DNA of 64,000 nucleotides, taken from contig OX597827.1 in NCBI GenBank assembly GCA_951406725.2, positions 39,184,001 to 39,248,000 of the forward strand. Direction: 5' to 3'. A model generated the notes under the pieces. The model did not search any database, was not told where the DNA came from, and worked only from the letters and a program-made list of their open reading frames with translations. How positions within the stretch are numbered: position 1 is the stretch's first letter; the number at the start of each line of letters is the position of its first letter. Of the stretch, positions 12,820-24,609 are shown piece by piece. The translations under genes and the position numbers were made by a program. This DNA is from Octopus vulgaris (Eukaryota).

Positions 12820-13155
12820 AAATTTTGAAATTACTTATGTGAAAAATATAATGTATTTGAAATACATTTATGCTCATAGCAAAGGAAGATCTAATAGTAC
12901 AATCTCTGATAATGGTTTTAATAGTAAATAATACATCCAGATATTCATCTTACATATAGATATATTACACACTCCTATTATATCTACATGTAAGATGAAT
13001 ATCTGGATGTATTATTTACTGTTAAAACCATTATCAGAGATTGTACTATTAGTAGATCTTCCTTTGCTATGAGCATAAATGTATTTCAAATACATTATAT
13101 TTACTTATTACTTATAAAATAACTTATATTTTTCACATAAGTAATTTCAAAATTT
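12820..13155. repeat. Long near-perfect palindrome/hairpin (arms about 145 bp, loop about 14 nt) in ATP5ME intron 2
   Basis: 12820-12964 is the reverse complement of 12979-13155, apart from a few substitutions and two small insertions in the right arm. Confidence 0.9.
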
Positions 13156-13845
13156 CTCCTGATTGGGGTCAAACGGAAAAGGTGTCTTAATGAAATTTAG
13201 CCCCTCTTTGATACTATCAAAAGAAATATTTCTTTGGACTGTGGTGGAAGGCCTTTTCTGATGAAAGAAGAGAAGTATGGTCAATTGAATTGTTCCTGGA
13301 ACATTTTTTTTTCTTGAGATAAAGGGCTAAATTGATCTGGGATATGAACTTGGAATGTAGGGAAGTAAAATTACATTTTGTAAGACACAAACATCATCAT
13401 TAAATGTCTAAGGAGCCATCTATGTGATTGACAGTTTGTGGATGAAAGCATATTTAAAAGTTTAGCAGATGAAAAAAAAATTATTTGGTATTGATAGACT
13501 CGTGTTCTCAGCTGCTGCAGTATTAAAGAATTGTCTATAATTATCTTAAGATACGCATGTTGATAATGTTCTTGCTTGTAGCAGAACAGTTTGCCTTTTA
13601 TTATAAAATGTGGATGAAATGATTTTTGGTACAACAAATTTGGGAGTGTGAAATCTTTGATTAGATACCACTCATTGAAAATATAGACAACAGCACTGGC
13701 TAAATTGGTGCATATATAGCTGTGTGGTTGAAAAGTTTTACAGTCACATTGTTCTGGATTCAATCCTATTATGTGACTTGTTGGGCAAGTGTCTTTAACC
13801 ATAACCTTGGGTCAACTAAAATTTTGTGAGCAAAATTTTTATGTA

Positions 13846-14069
13846 TAGTAGTCCCTCAACTATTGCGGGTCTTATGTTCTAAAACCCCATGCGATAGGTG
13901 AAAAGCTGCAAAGTAGAAACAGTACTGTACTGTATATTTTATTATTATTATTTTTATAATTTGTATATATTTTTTTAATTATAAATGCAAAACAACACCA
14001 CAGAAGAATTGACATAAGCTTAAATAATAAACTGTGATAGGTGAACCGCGATATGGCAAGGGATTACTG
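13846..14069. mobile_element. pogo/Tigger-like MITE (about 224 bp)
   Basis: TA|tagtagtccctcaactattgcgg ... ccgcgatatggcaagggattactg|TA; imperfect TIRs with a TA target duplication. Confidence 0.7.
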
Positions 14070-16384
14070 TATGTATATTGACAACAGGATGGTAGGAGCA
14101 ATTATATCCTTTTATGCCTTGGTTAACATTTGAGGTCAAAAATAATTATCAAAGTACTGGAGTTGTTATAATCAACTAAAACCTTTTAAGGTGGTGCCTT
14201 AGTACAGCTGCCATACAATGGCTGAAACCAGTAAAAGAATAAAAATATATGGTAAAAAGAAAACAAAACATAAGTTGAACAAATATTTTTTTTTCTCATG
14301 CAATATCACTTATATGTCATACAATTTACTGTTTGTATTGGTAAGAAAACCTTTTGTTGCTAATGCAGTTAACTTCTTTAAAGTTCTTCTATCCATTCTT
14401 TTCTATAACATTTACATTACAACCATGTGCATCACTCATTATCACCTAGTTAGCAGAAAGTATAGATTTCATTTCAATTGTTCTACTCTTCTGAACTTCT
14501 CCAGTACTTTTATCACACCTGAAGTCCTGGCTCTCTTTTAGTTTGCTGGACATTTCACTACACCTTTTGTCTATTAATTTATTTACAATGAGTATGCACT
14601 AGTTCCTGCTTAATCTTTTCCGACACATCTTACTAGGTCAGTTACCAAATGTCAGCATTTGGACATATTCTTCCTAATTAAAACAGATCTTGGTCATGTT
14701 GACTTTGAACTTAAGACCATTCTAGATTCAAACATTTTTTGACACTTTTTCATAGATTATAGTATGACAGACAGCAAGCTGGCAGAATTGTTAGCATGCT
14801 AGTCGAAATGCTTAGTGTTTATTTCATGCATCCTTAGGTTTTGAGTTCAACCTTGCCTTTCATCCTTTTTGAGTCAATAAAATAGATGTAATTGACTTAA
14901 CTACTCCTAGGTAAGAGTATAAAAACTGCATCCCTCAGCCAAGCCATGTAGCTCAAACCAGTATGAACTCAAGCTCAGATTCATGGCTTCTACATCAAAC
15001 CATGTTTGATGAAAGGAACATGCTGAGGCCACCATCCTGCAGTGAACTGAACATAGCTTGAGTCACCATAATGAAAAATGATTTCTCAAGAACAATCACT
15101 CTTCAGTTCCTGTGTTACAGTATCATTAATTATAATGAGAGGAGAGGACTGAAGACAACCATTGAGAATAGATAACTGTACACTAAATTTAATCACTCAA
15201 ATTGTGACTAAACCTAATCATGCTTACAACACCATTCATCTTTGTGGAATACAGTTAATTCTTTTGATACCAACCTGTCTGAGACCACTCTTGATCCTAT
15301 GATATAAACTTCTAGTTTTAAAGGGATCTAACTTAAAAACCTCCTGTCACAATTTTGTGTTCCAAACACCAACTTAATTATAGCAAAGTTTATTTTATTA
15401 AATTCTTCACCATCTTCATTTAATGTCCGTTTTCCATGCTGGCATAGGTTGGATGGTTTGATAAGAGCTGGCATGGTCAAGAGTAGCACCAGATTCCATT
15501 GTCTGTTTAGGCATGGTTTCTATGGCTGGATGTCCTTCCTAATGCCAACCACTTTATAGAATGTATTGGGTGCTTTTTATGTGGCACCAGCAGCAACAGG
15601 GTCATCAGGTACCTTGCACAACAAAAAAACCCCTCAACTTGGAGTGAGTATTGAGGTGGTGTGGCTTTGTGCCAGTTGAGAGATTTAAGATTGAAACAAA
15701 GGCAGTGTATTTCAACAGAAATATGGTAACAAAAAGTTGAAGAACTTGTCCAAATCATTAAATGAAATTGAAATTTTTCGCCAAACATCTAGCATCTTCA
15801 CTCAAATCTAAACCGCATCTTATTTAAACTTCTACAAACTGTTGCTATGATTTTCTCTTTCATTTCCTAAGCTTTGACCATCAATTCGAGACCTATACAG
15901 TTGACTTGTTCATTAAAAGATGATTTATTTTTACTAGTTTGTTCTGAAGAAAGAGGTTATTTGCTCATTGTTCTGGGTATTTGCTTGTTCTTTGTTTTAG
16001 CTAATGGTCAAACTACTATACCGATTATTAGGAATATCAAATTCCTGCACCAGCTGATTAACTAAATAAGCGACCAGTGTATTATCAAAAGTGATGTTTT
16101 TGACTTTTAGCAACCGACCCTGATAGAATCAGCAACTTTCCATCTCATTTTATTCTAAAATAATCTTACTTGGGCAAGACATTTAATTGCAGCCAATGGT
16201 AAGGCTATAGCTTCTCTGCTCTCAGAAGTTTTGGGGAGTATGGAGTTACCTCTTAGTAACCACTACTTGCAGGTTTGCTCTGGACTGAGGTGATAGTACC
16301 AGTCAAGAGCCCTAGTTATGGATCATATAAATGGTTTTATAACTGAAGCACACAGGACTCAGAGGAGGAGTGGGCCACCTTGAC

Positions 16385-16422
<38 letters not shown>

Positions 16423-16455
16423 CATACATACATAAATAAAGTGCATTTCATATTC

Positions 16456-16534
16456 GAGGCTCTGATGAAGTTATAGGATGTTATCCAGGTACTCAAGAAT
16501 CCACTGCATTCTATAGCAGAAACAGCTGTAACCT
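16456..16534 (+). ncRNA. Hammerhead ribozyme-like motif (second family) in ATP5ME intron 2
   Basis: CTGATGA at 16462-16468; 11-bp stem II GTTATAGGATG/CATTCTATAGC; GAA followed by palindromic ACAGCTGT and a GUA triplet; stem I is weak (AGGCT/ACCT with a bulge). Confidence 0.5.
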
Positions 16535-17121
16535 AATGAAGTTCATTACATAACCTTTGTTTTTTCCAGTGTTATCTCTTTGTTCTTATTTACACACACA
16601 CACACAGACATACATATATGATCATACATGACCTCTTGCTGTATGTTCATTTACTGATCCTTATCATGAAACTGACCATGCTGGAGTTCCACCATCTTCT
16701 AAAGTATAGTCGGTTACATCAACCCTGCCAGTGCTTATTTTATATTCAAGGTATACTTCAGTATACACCAGTATACTTCATGTACAAGATACTAACTTAT
16801 TTTTTTAGTAAGCATATAGAAAGAATTATTTCTCACCCACTATAGGCACAGACTTGGCTGTGTAGTTAAGGAGTTTACTTTGCAGCTATGTGATTTCAGG
16901 TTCAGTCCTGCTGTATGGCACCTTGGTTATGCATCTTCCATGGTCTCAGGTTGACTAAAATGAAATTTGGTGGACAGATACTGTATGAAAGCTCATTGTG
17001 TGCATATAGACATGTATATATGCATGTCGTGTGTGTATATATATATGTGTATATACATGTATGCGTATGTGTTTATACATGTGTATGCGTATATATATAC
17101 ATGTATGTCTTTATGTGTATA

Positions 17122-17650
17122 TCATCATCATCATTGTCATTTAACATCCGTTTTCCATGCTGGTATGGGTTGGATGGTTTGACTGGAAACTGGCAAGCCA
17201 GGAGGCTGCACCAGGCTCCAATCTGATCTGGCGATGTTGCTACAGCTGGATGTCCTTCCAAATGCAAACCACTCCGTGAGTGTAGTGGGTGCATTTTATG
17301 TGCCACCGGCGTGGAAGCCAGTCAGGCGACACTGGTATTAGCCATGTTCGGATGGTGCTTTTTATGTGCCACCAGCACAGGAGCCAGTCAGGCGGCTTTG
17401 GCAGCGACTCACGCATGAATGAATAGTGCTTATTGCATGCCACCGGCATTGGTAACAGCCACAACTACAATTTCCATTTGATTGTGATTTGGTTTGATTT
17501 TGATTTTACTTGACTCAACAGGTCTCCTCAAGCATGGAATGTCGCCTGACGATTCAGAGGTACTTTTTAAATGGGTTGGTTATGCAACACTGGTGTAGGT
17601 TATGGCTGTGATCTCACTTTACTTGCCAGGTCTTCTCAATCACAGCATAT
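17122..17650 (-). mobile_element. Longer copy of the (GAT)n-tailed retroposon
   Basis: Close match to 21011-21445 and 22406-22740. Confidence 0.75.
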
Positions 17651-17659
17651 CTCAATCAT

Positions 17660-18079
17660 GTGTGCATGTGTATATATGTGTATATATATGTATAAATGTG
17701 TGTATATGTGAGTATATATATGTATATACATGTGTATATGTGTATATATATGTATATACGTGTGTATATATATGTATATACGTGTGTATATATATGTATA
17801 TACGTGTGTATATATATGTATATATGTGTGTATATATATGTATATACGTGTGTATATATATATGTATATACTTGTGTGTATATATATGTATATACTTGTG
17901 TGTATATATATGTATATACGTGTGTATATATATATATGTATATACTTGTGTGTATATATATGTATATACATGTGTGTATATGTGTATATACACGTGTATA
18001 TATATGTGTGTATACACGTATATGTATATATGTATATACTATGTGTATATACGTGTGGATGTGTATTTGTGTATATATA

Positions 18080-18125
<46 letters not shown>

Positions 18126-18180
18126 ATATGTCTGTATTTATGCGTGTGTGTGTGTGTGTGTATCTGTGTACATATGTCTG
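17660..18180. repeat. Compound (TA)/(TG) micro/minisatellite with a period of about 22 bp
   Basis: Repeated tatatatgtatatacgtgtgta units followed by (TG)n. This tract produces the spurious YI/CV ORFs. Confidence 0.9.
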
Positions 18181-18524
18181 TGTATTGTCTCTTCTTGGAC
18201 AGCAAAGATATTTTTGTCCTGCATAAGCAATATGTCCTGTTGATTGGTTGTTTGATGTGGGGAGACCTGTGAAATAAAGTACTTTACTTGAAAAGCAGTA
18301 AGGCTTGGCATCTAGAAGGGCAGCCAATAGCAGAATACAGTCTCAAGAAGTCTCATTCAACCCATGCCAACATGGAAAAACTAAATATATAAATATTGAT
18401 GATTATATTTTGTGTGTATGTACATTTGCCTTACTATATTTTTTTAAAGCCAATCCTTATATGATTGTAAATGTTACCCTGTATCTCTTCCAAAAAGTAA
18501 ACTTGTTTTTCTCTTCACTTACAG

Positions 18525-18626
18525 AATCCCTTTCTAAGAAAGAAGTTGTTATTCAAGAAGAGGAGAACAAAATCCGTGCTATTCGGGATGCTAGGATCAA
18601 ACAAGAGACTGATGCTGCTGTAGCAG
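18525..18626 (+). CDS. ATP5ME: ATP synthase subunit e, exon 3
   Basis: ttacag|(K)SLSKKEVVIQEEENKIRAIRDARIKQETDAAVA+1 nt|gtgtgt. Phase-compatible with exons 2 and 4; coiled-coil-like region. Confidence 0.9.
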
Positions 18627-18837
18627 GTGTGTTGACTTTTTGATTAATTACTTTGTGATTGGACATTTAAATAAATTACTTGTTGACTCTTATCTTCCAT
18701 ATCTAATTTAGTGACCTCCACAAACATTACTTAAAATAGTTCAATCTGAAGATGAGGAAGGACAGATCTCATAGAATTTGCATACTGGTGAAGTTGTTGC
18801 TGCCAGTATTGTTGTGTAGTGTCAGACTAGCAGTTAA

Positions 18838-19147
18838 CCCTTTAGCATTTAAACCAGCTATAGTTGGGCAAAATATTCTACCTGTTCAAACCAACCAGAT
18901 CCAGCTTCTCACACCAACCTTACGATATCATTCTAAAAATTAATAGTTAGCGTGTGTATACATGTATATAGGCGTAGGAGTGGCTGTGTGGTAAGTAGCT
19001 TGCTTATCAACCACATGGTTCCGGGTTCAGTTCCACTGTGTGGCACCTTGGGCAAGTGTTTTCTACTATAGCCTCGGGCTGACCAAAGCCTTGCGAGTGG
19101 ATTTGGTAGACAGAAACTGAAAGAAGCCCATCATATGTGTGTGTATA

Positions 19148-19193
<46 letters not shown>

Positions 19194-19478
19194 CAACATC
19201 ACTTGACAACCGATGCTGGTGTGTTTACATCCCTGTAACTAAATGGTTTGGCAAAAGAGATCGATAGAATAAGTACTAGGCTTACAAAGAATAAGTCCTG
19301 GGGTTGATTTGCTCAACTAAAGGCAATGCTCTCGCATGGCCACAGTCAAATGACTGAAACAAGTAAAAGAGATAAATGAGAAAGAGCTCAACAAAATCTC
19401 AAGATATTGCATGATTAATTCAAAACAATGTGAATAAATAAGCATTACTTTTGACAGAGAAATCTGAATGTTAAAAGG
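18838..19478. mobile_element. piggyBac-like MITE interrupted by a SINE
   Basis: TTAA|CCCTTTAGCATT ... AATGTTAAAAGG|TTAA; homologous to 9112-9317. Confidence 0.7.
18971..19371 (+). mobile_element. Full-length major tRNA-SINE
   Basis: A-box TGGCTGTGTGG, B-box-like GGGTTCAGTTCC, central (TG)n, tail gactgaaacaagtaaaagag; many copies in this window. Confidence 0.85.
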
Positions 19479-19779
19479 TTAAAATATCTAACTGTGACCA
19501 CCCCAACACTTGCCCTTTTCTTTTTTTTTTAAGAATAATGTATCTAGGACTACATTATCCAATGTGTCCTTTTATGTATGACTGTAACATATAATCTAAA
19601 GGAGATTTAGCTGTTATTTTTAACAAGTAAAATGACCTTTACCATGAAGAGCCTTCTCTGGCTATGTATGGTTACAATGATAAGTAAATTTAGGGATTGC
19701 ATCCTAAGCCTTGATGTTGAATATTAGAATATTGAAGTGTGTTTTGAAGAGAATTTCAAACACTAGTAAAGGTATTATA

Positions 19780-19926
19780 TACACTGTTTACATTAGTTGG
19801 AATGATATCCTCATCTTGATCATTGCTTTCACTACGTTTTGGCTGTGTATGCTCCAGCCGTCATTGTCTTGTGAAAACAACAATCAAGATGAGGACACCA
19901 GTTGAACTAATAATGTAAACAATGTA
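19780..19926. mobile_element. Penelope-like remnant with inverted arms and a decayed hammerhead
   Basis: Arms acactgtttacatta...tcctcatcttgat and atcaagatgagga...taatgtaaacaatgt. The minus strand reads ATGAC-GGCTG-gagcataca-CAGCC-AAAACGTA. Related to the tail at 2820-2943. Confidence 0.5.
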
Positions 19927-20118
19927 CATGATATAAATTCCTCATCTTGCAAGTATAAAATTGTACAAGTAATGGAATTTTGGCATCATTCAATGATCAA
20001 TCTTAGAACTAAGTAAAATATACTTTTCTGAAAATGGAATGTTTCACTTATTTTCTTATGTTTGTTCTGTTTAAAATTTTCAATGATTTTAATTACAATT
20101 TTTTTATTTATTTTACAG

Positions 20119-20162
20119 CTGAAATGGCAGTTTTAGGAAAAGAATTTGGTGTGACAAAATAA
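20119..20162 (+). CDS. ATP5ME: ATP synthase subunit e, exon 4 (stop codon)
   Basis: ttttacag|(A)EMAVLGKEFGVTK*. The joined protein is 81 aa. Confidence 0.85.
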
Positions 20163-20237
20163 TAGTAGCCATCTATATTTTTTGTATCCACCTTGTATGT
20201 AACTGATTTGTTTTACTATGTTTAGACATGAAAAGAC

Positions 20238-20254
20238 AATAAAGTGAGAATAAA
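20238..20254 (+). terminator. Polyadenylation signals of ATP5ME
   Basis: Two AATAAA hexamers 75-90 nt after the stop, followed by a T-rich tract. Confidence 0.6.
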
Positions 20255-21010
20255 TGTTTGAAAATATCTGTATTTATCTTTATTTAATTCTCAGTGTGTT
20301 AATATTCTACATTTTTACTTAAATTGTTGGGATATATATAAGGGCAGTTGTTTTCTTAGTTCTAGTTGGCCTGAATTAAGCTGACCTATGATTATAAAGA
20401 TTCAGCTGTAACCTTAATTTTTCTTTAAAAGACAGTAGGGTATGAGTTGAGATTAGAGTGATTTGGTTGCTATTTCTGAGTTCTGCCTATTCCAGGTAGA
20501 TTTAATTTGATTTAATCAACCAGTAAATTTGTAGATTTGTGTCAATCTTAGAAATCAATAATATTGGACATACAATATATATTATCTCCCTCTCTATAAG
20601 AGGATAAAGGGTAAAGACCCCCTTGGTCATAAATGACTATGAGATTGCACCTAGAAAGTTCCCCTGTGAAGCACAAGTTAGGGCAAGGTTGTTTGTGGAA
20701 GACCAGCAGTCGCCCATGTATACTAACCCCCCCTCTCCATGACACCAATGTTGTCCAAGGGATACGGCTTGGTACCAGTAATGCTGCAACTCATTTCTAC
20801 AGCTGAGTGAATTGCTCAAAAACACAACACGGTCCGAACTGGGAATTGAACTCACTACCTCATGATTGTGAGCCTGACATTCACATGCGCCTTCTCTATA
20901 AGAAGTGACAAGTATATGAATATAATCATTTACTTTGGCTACATAACAGGGACATGCTTGTTGATTGCATATGCTGCACAACTGCATTAGGTGCATAACT
21001 AGCATGTATG

Positions 21011-21445
21011 TCATCATCATCGTTTAATGTCCACTTTCCATGCTAGCATGGGTTGGACGATTTGACTGAGGACTGGTGAACCAGATGGCTGCACCAGGCT
21101 CCAATCTTGATCTGGCAGAGTTTCTACAGCTGGATGCCCTTCCTAATGCCAACCACTCCGAGAATGTAGTGGATGCTTTTGTGTGCCACCAGCACGAGGG
21201 CCAGTCAGGTGGTACTGGCAATGGCCATGCCCAAATGGTGTTTTTTTTTATGTACCACCTGCACACTGGCACAAGTGCCAGTAAAGTAATTCTGGTAATG
21301 ATCACACTCGAATGGTGCTTTTTACATGTCACCAGCACGAATGCCAGTTAGCCGCTCTGGCAATGATCATGCTCGGATGGTGCTCTTAGTGCTCCACTAG
21401 CACGGATCCCAGTCATTGAATTTGATTTCGATTTCACTTGTCTCA
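21011..21445 (-). mobile_element. (GAT)n-tailed retroposon copy
   Basis: Homologous to 17122-17650. Confidence 0.75.
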
Positions 21446-21657
21446 AAGGAATTGCAGTGAATAACACAAACAAAAAATATATTTCATGTGTTATGCTGAC
21501 AGAAGACTTACCTTTAATAGAGATGGAATAAAATAAATACTAAAGCAGTAGGATTAATATAATTATCTAAAGAGAAAACTGATATGATTAATACAGGTTT
21601 CAAAATTTTCTAAAATTTTACTGTATACTAATATTATGGTTTTCTTTTGTTTTAATG

Positions 21658-21818
21658 GGTGCAGGAGTGACTGTGTGGTAAGTAGCTTGCTTACCAACCA
21701 CATGGTTCCAGGTTCAGTCCCACTGCGTGGCACCTTGGGCAAGTGTCTTCTACTATAGCCTCGGGTCGACCAAAGCTTTGTGAGTGGATCTGGTTAACGG
21801 AAACTGAAACAAGCCCAT

Positions 21819-21871
<53 letters not shown>

Positions 21872-22100
21872 CAACCCATGCTAGCATGGAAAACGGACGC
21901 TAAATGATGATGATGATATATAATGTGTGTGTGTGTGTATATGTCTGTGTTTGTTCCCCTGCCATCACTTGACAATCGATGTTGGTGTGTTTATATCCCT
22001 GTAACTTTGTGGTTCGGCAAAAGAGTCTGATAGAATGTCCTGGAGTCAGTTTGTTTGACTATAGGCAATGCTCCAGCATGGCCGCAGTCAAATGACAAAC
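21658..22100 (+). mobile_element. Major tRNA-SINE with a short retroposon-tail fragment inside its microsatellite
   Basis: Matches 18971-19371; inserted gtccaacccatgctagcatggaaaacggacg...(gat)n at about 21869-21915. Confidence 0.8.
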
Positions 22101-22405
22101 AAACGAAGAAAAGAACCTTTTATTTATACATAAAATAATGGAATAAAATTTTGACTTACTTTTGTCGTTTGGCCTCTTCATTTTGTGAAGTCTTGTTTCC
22201 TTGCTGATAGGCTAAAAGAACAATGCAGTAGCCAATACCAATGCAATGAGAATCAACACCAAATTGCACTTTATTGTTTTTCCATAATAAAGGAGACAAT
22301 GAGCAACATTGGAACAGAAAGGAAAACTGATGCCTAATAACTTGAAGATGCAAGTGGATATAAAGGAAGGAAGCACTTCTGTTTCCATGATACAATATGT
22401 GTATA

Positions 22406-22740
22406 TCATCATCATCATTGTCATTGAACGTCTGTTTTCCATGCTGGCATGGGTTGGATGGTTTGACTGGAAACTAGCAAATCAGGAGGCTGCACCAGGC
22501 TCCAATCTGATCTGGCAATGTTGCTAAAGCTGGATGTCCTTCCGAATATGAACCACTTCGAGAGTGTAGTGGGTGCATTTTATGTGCCACCGGCGTGGGA
22601 GCCAGTCAGACAACACTGGCATCAACCATGTTCGGATGGTGCTTTTTACGTGCCACCAGCACAGGAGCCAGTCAGAGCGGGGGTAGGGGGTGGAGCTGGC
22701 ATTGACCACGTTTGGATGGTGCTTTTTATGTGCCACCTTA
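22406..22740 (-). mobile_element. (GAT)n-tailed retroposon copy
   Basis: Homologous to 17122-17400. Confidence 0.75.
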
Positions 22741-23921
22741 GGGCATGGTTGGATTTCTCAATGATCTGTTGGTTTGATGGGACCTTGGGAAGGTAATATG
22801 GAAAGTGCATACAGAAGAAAGTTCCTAATATACAAAGGATTTATGGAATCGTTTTGAGGCATGCAGATGAGAGTGTATAATGTTCTCTGTGGAGGCAGGG
22901 TGTTGTGGATTTGTAGCCAGATTCACTACGCCTTACCTGGCTGGTATTCGTTTTAGGAAGAACAGTAGAAGAGTGATTCGTGAACTAGAAGGGGAAACAG
23001 AAAATGCCTCATAACGAATACGGTATAGGCTTATAAGAGAAGATGAAAACAGAGCAGAGAACTAATCTTCAGTGAGTAAATAAATGAAACAACTTAGTTC
23101 ATGGTAGGTGTGATGGCTAACTCAGTAAGAGAGGAGAAAAGTATGCTACAATGTGGACTAGAAGAAATCTGGACATTCCTAGGACGTTGATGCTGTCCGC
23201 GATCGCTGGAGAACAAAATACTGTCGAAAGTATTGAGATCCTCGGAGGTAAACTGAAAAAATTCCTCTATGCAATTTAGTAAAACATATGATAAACCAGG
23301 GATGCAGCCTTAAAGAATTGTATGTAAGGGAGGTAATTGTGCAGTAAACTACTATGGGAGATAATTCTGTCTGAGTACATAGTTTCTATCCATCAAGTGA
23401 TTATTACTATACTTAGTACGATACCCCCACCCCAAAAAAACAAACTAAAGTTTTGAAACTCAGGCGAAATGTATGTATAATTCTAAGGTTATTGAATTCT
23501 AATGTAAACACAAGATCCTAGATTTATTAATAGCTGTGTGTGTGCGTACATGCGTTGGTGTTTATTAAGGTAAGCTAAATTATTTACTAATGCAATTTCA
23601 CTTGTCGATTTTACGTGTTGCTTACTGGTTATTGTGCAGTCATGTAGCAGCAGACGGTGAAGTTTTTCTGTTGTCCAAAATTAGGTTTTCTGCTTCGGCT
23701 GCCAGGCACGAATGATATAAAAAGCTTTTGGTGATCATAAAGGCCGCTGGTTTACTTCATTATAGGGTTGCCATACGTCCATATTTCCTAGGACATGTCT
23801 TGGATTCAGGTATCAAGATTTGCGTCCAGGAAGAATTTTTAAAAGTGTACAAATATCTGGAATTTCGGTTTCCATCACTTGAAAATGATCTAATTCACCA
23901 GTAGTTAGGTATGAGAAAGAC

Positions 23922-23965
<44 letters not shown>

Positions 23966-24118
23966 GGTATGGCTGTGTAGTAAGAAGCTTGCTTCTCAAC
24001 AGTATCTTTTTGGGTTCATTTCCATTGCGTGGCATCTTGAGCAAGTGTCTTCTGTAACCTTGGGCCAACCAAAGCTTTCTAAGTGGATTTAGTGGACGGA
24101 AACTAAAAGAAGTCCATC

Positions 24119-24166
<48 letters not shown>

Positions 24167-24300
24167 ATTTTTGTCAGTGAACAGGTCGCGGATCTTAGCG
24201 ACGGAAATATTTTGACAAATTAAACTTAAATGTTGAAGTGAATCGAACGGCTTTTGTGTGTTTCTTAAATGGCTTACAAACACCTTCCACGCTGCAATTG

Positions 24301-24364
<64 letters not shown>

Positions 24365-24609
24365 TATTGGCCTGCTCACTTAGCCAGCGGGGTGGTATCA
24401 TTTGAAGGCTAAAACAATGTGAAGCACATTGTGATCAGCGATGTGTAGCAACATCTGATAGCCTGGTCGGTCATGTGATCAAGTGATATATATATATATA
24501 TATATATATATACCAATTAAGGACTGAACACGAAAAGTGGACAGTCAACATGCTAGATATAGACGTCAAATCGTCATTCACCACAAAAGATTATGTTCTC
24601 AGATCAATA

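Noticed and set aside
17602-18327. Several 120-220 aa ORFs rich in Y/I/C/V/H/T
   Set aside because: They are translations of TA/TG microsatellite, which lacks stop codons in several frames.
22830-23300. Possible decayed LINE endonuclease fragment, and a hAT-like end near 23763
   Set aside because: Too degenerate to support boundaries or family by eye.
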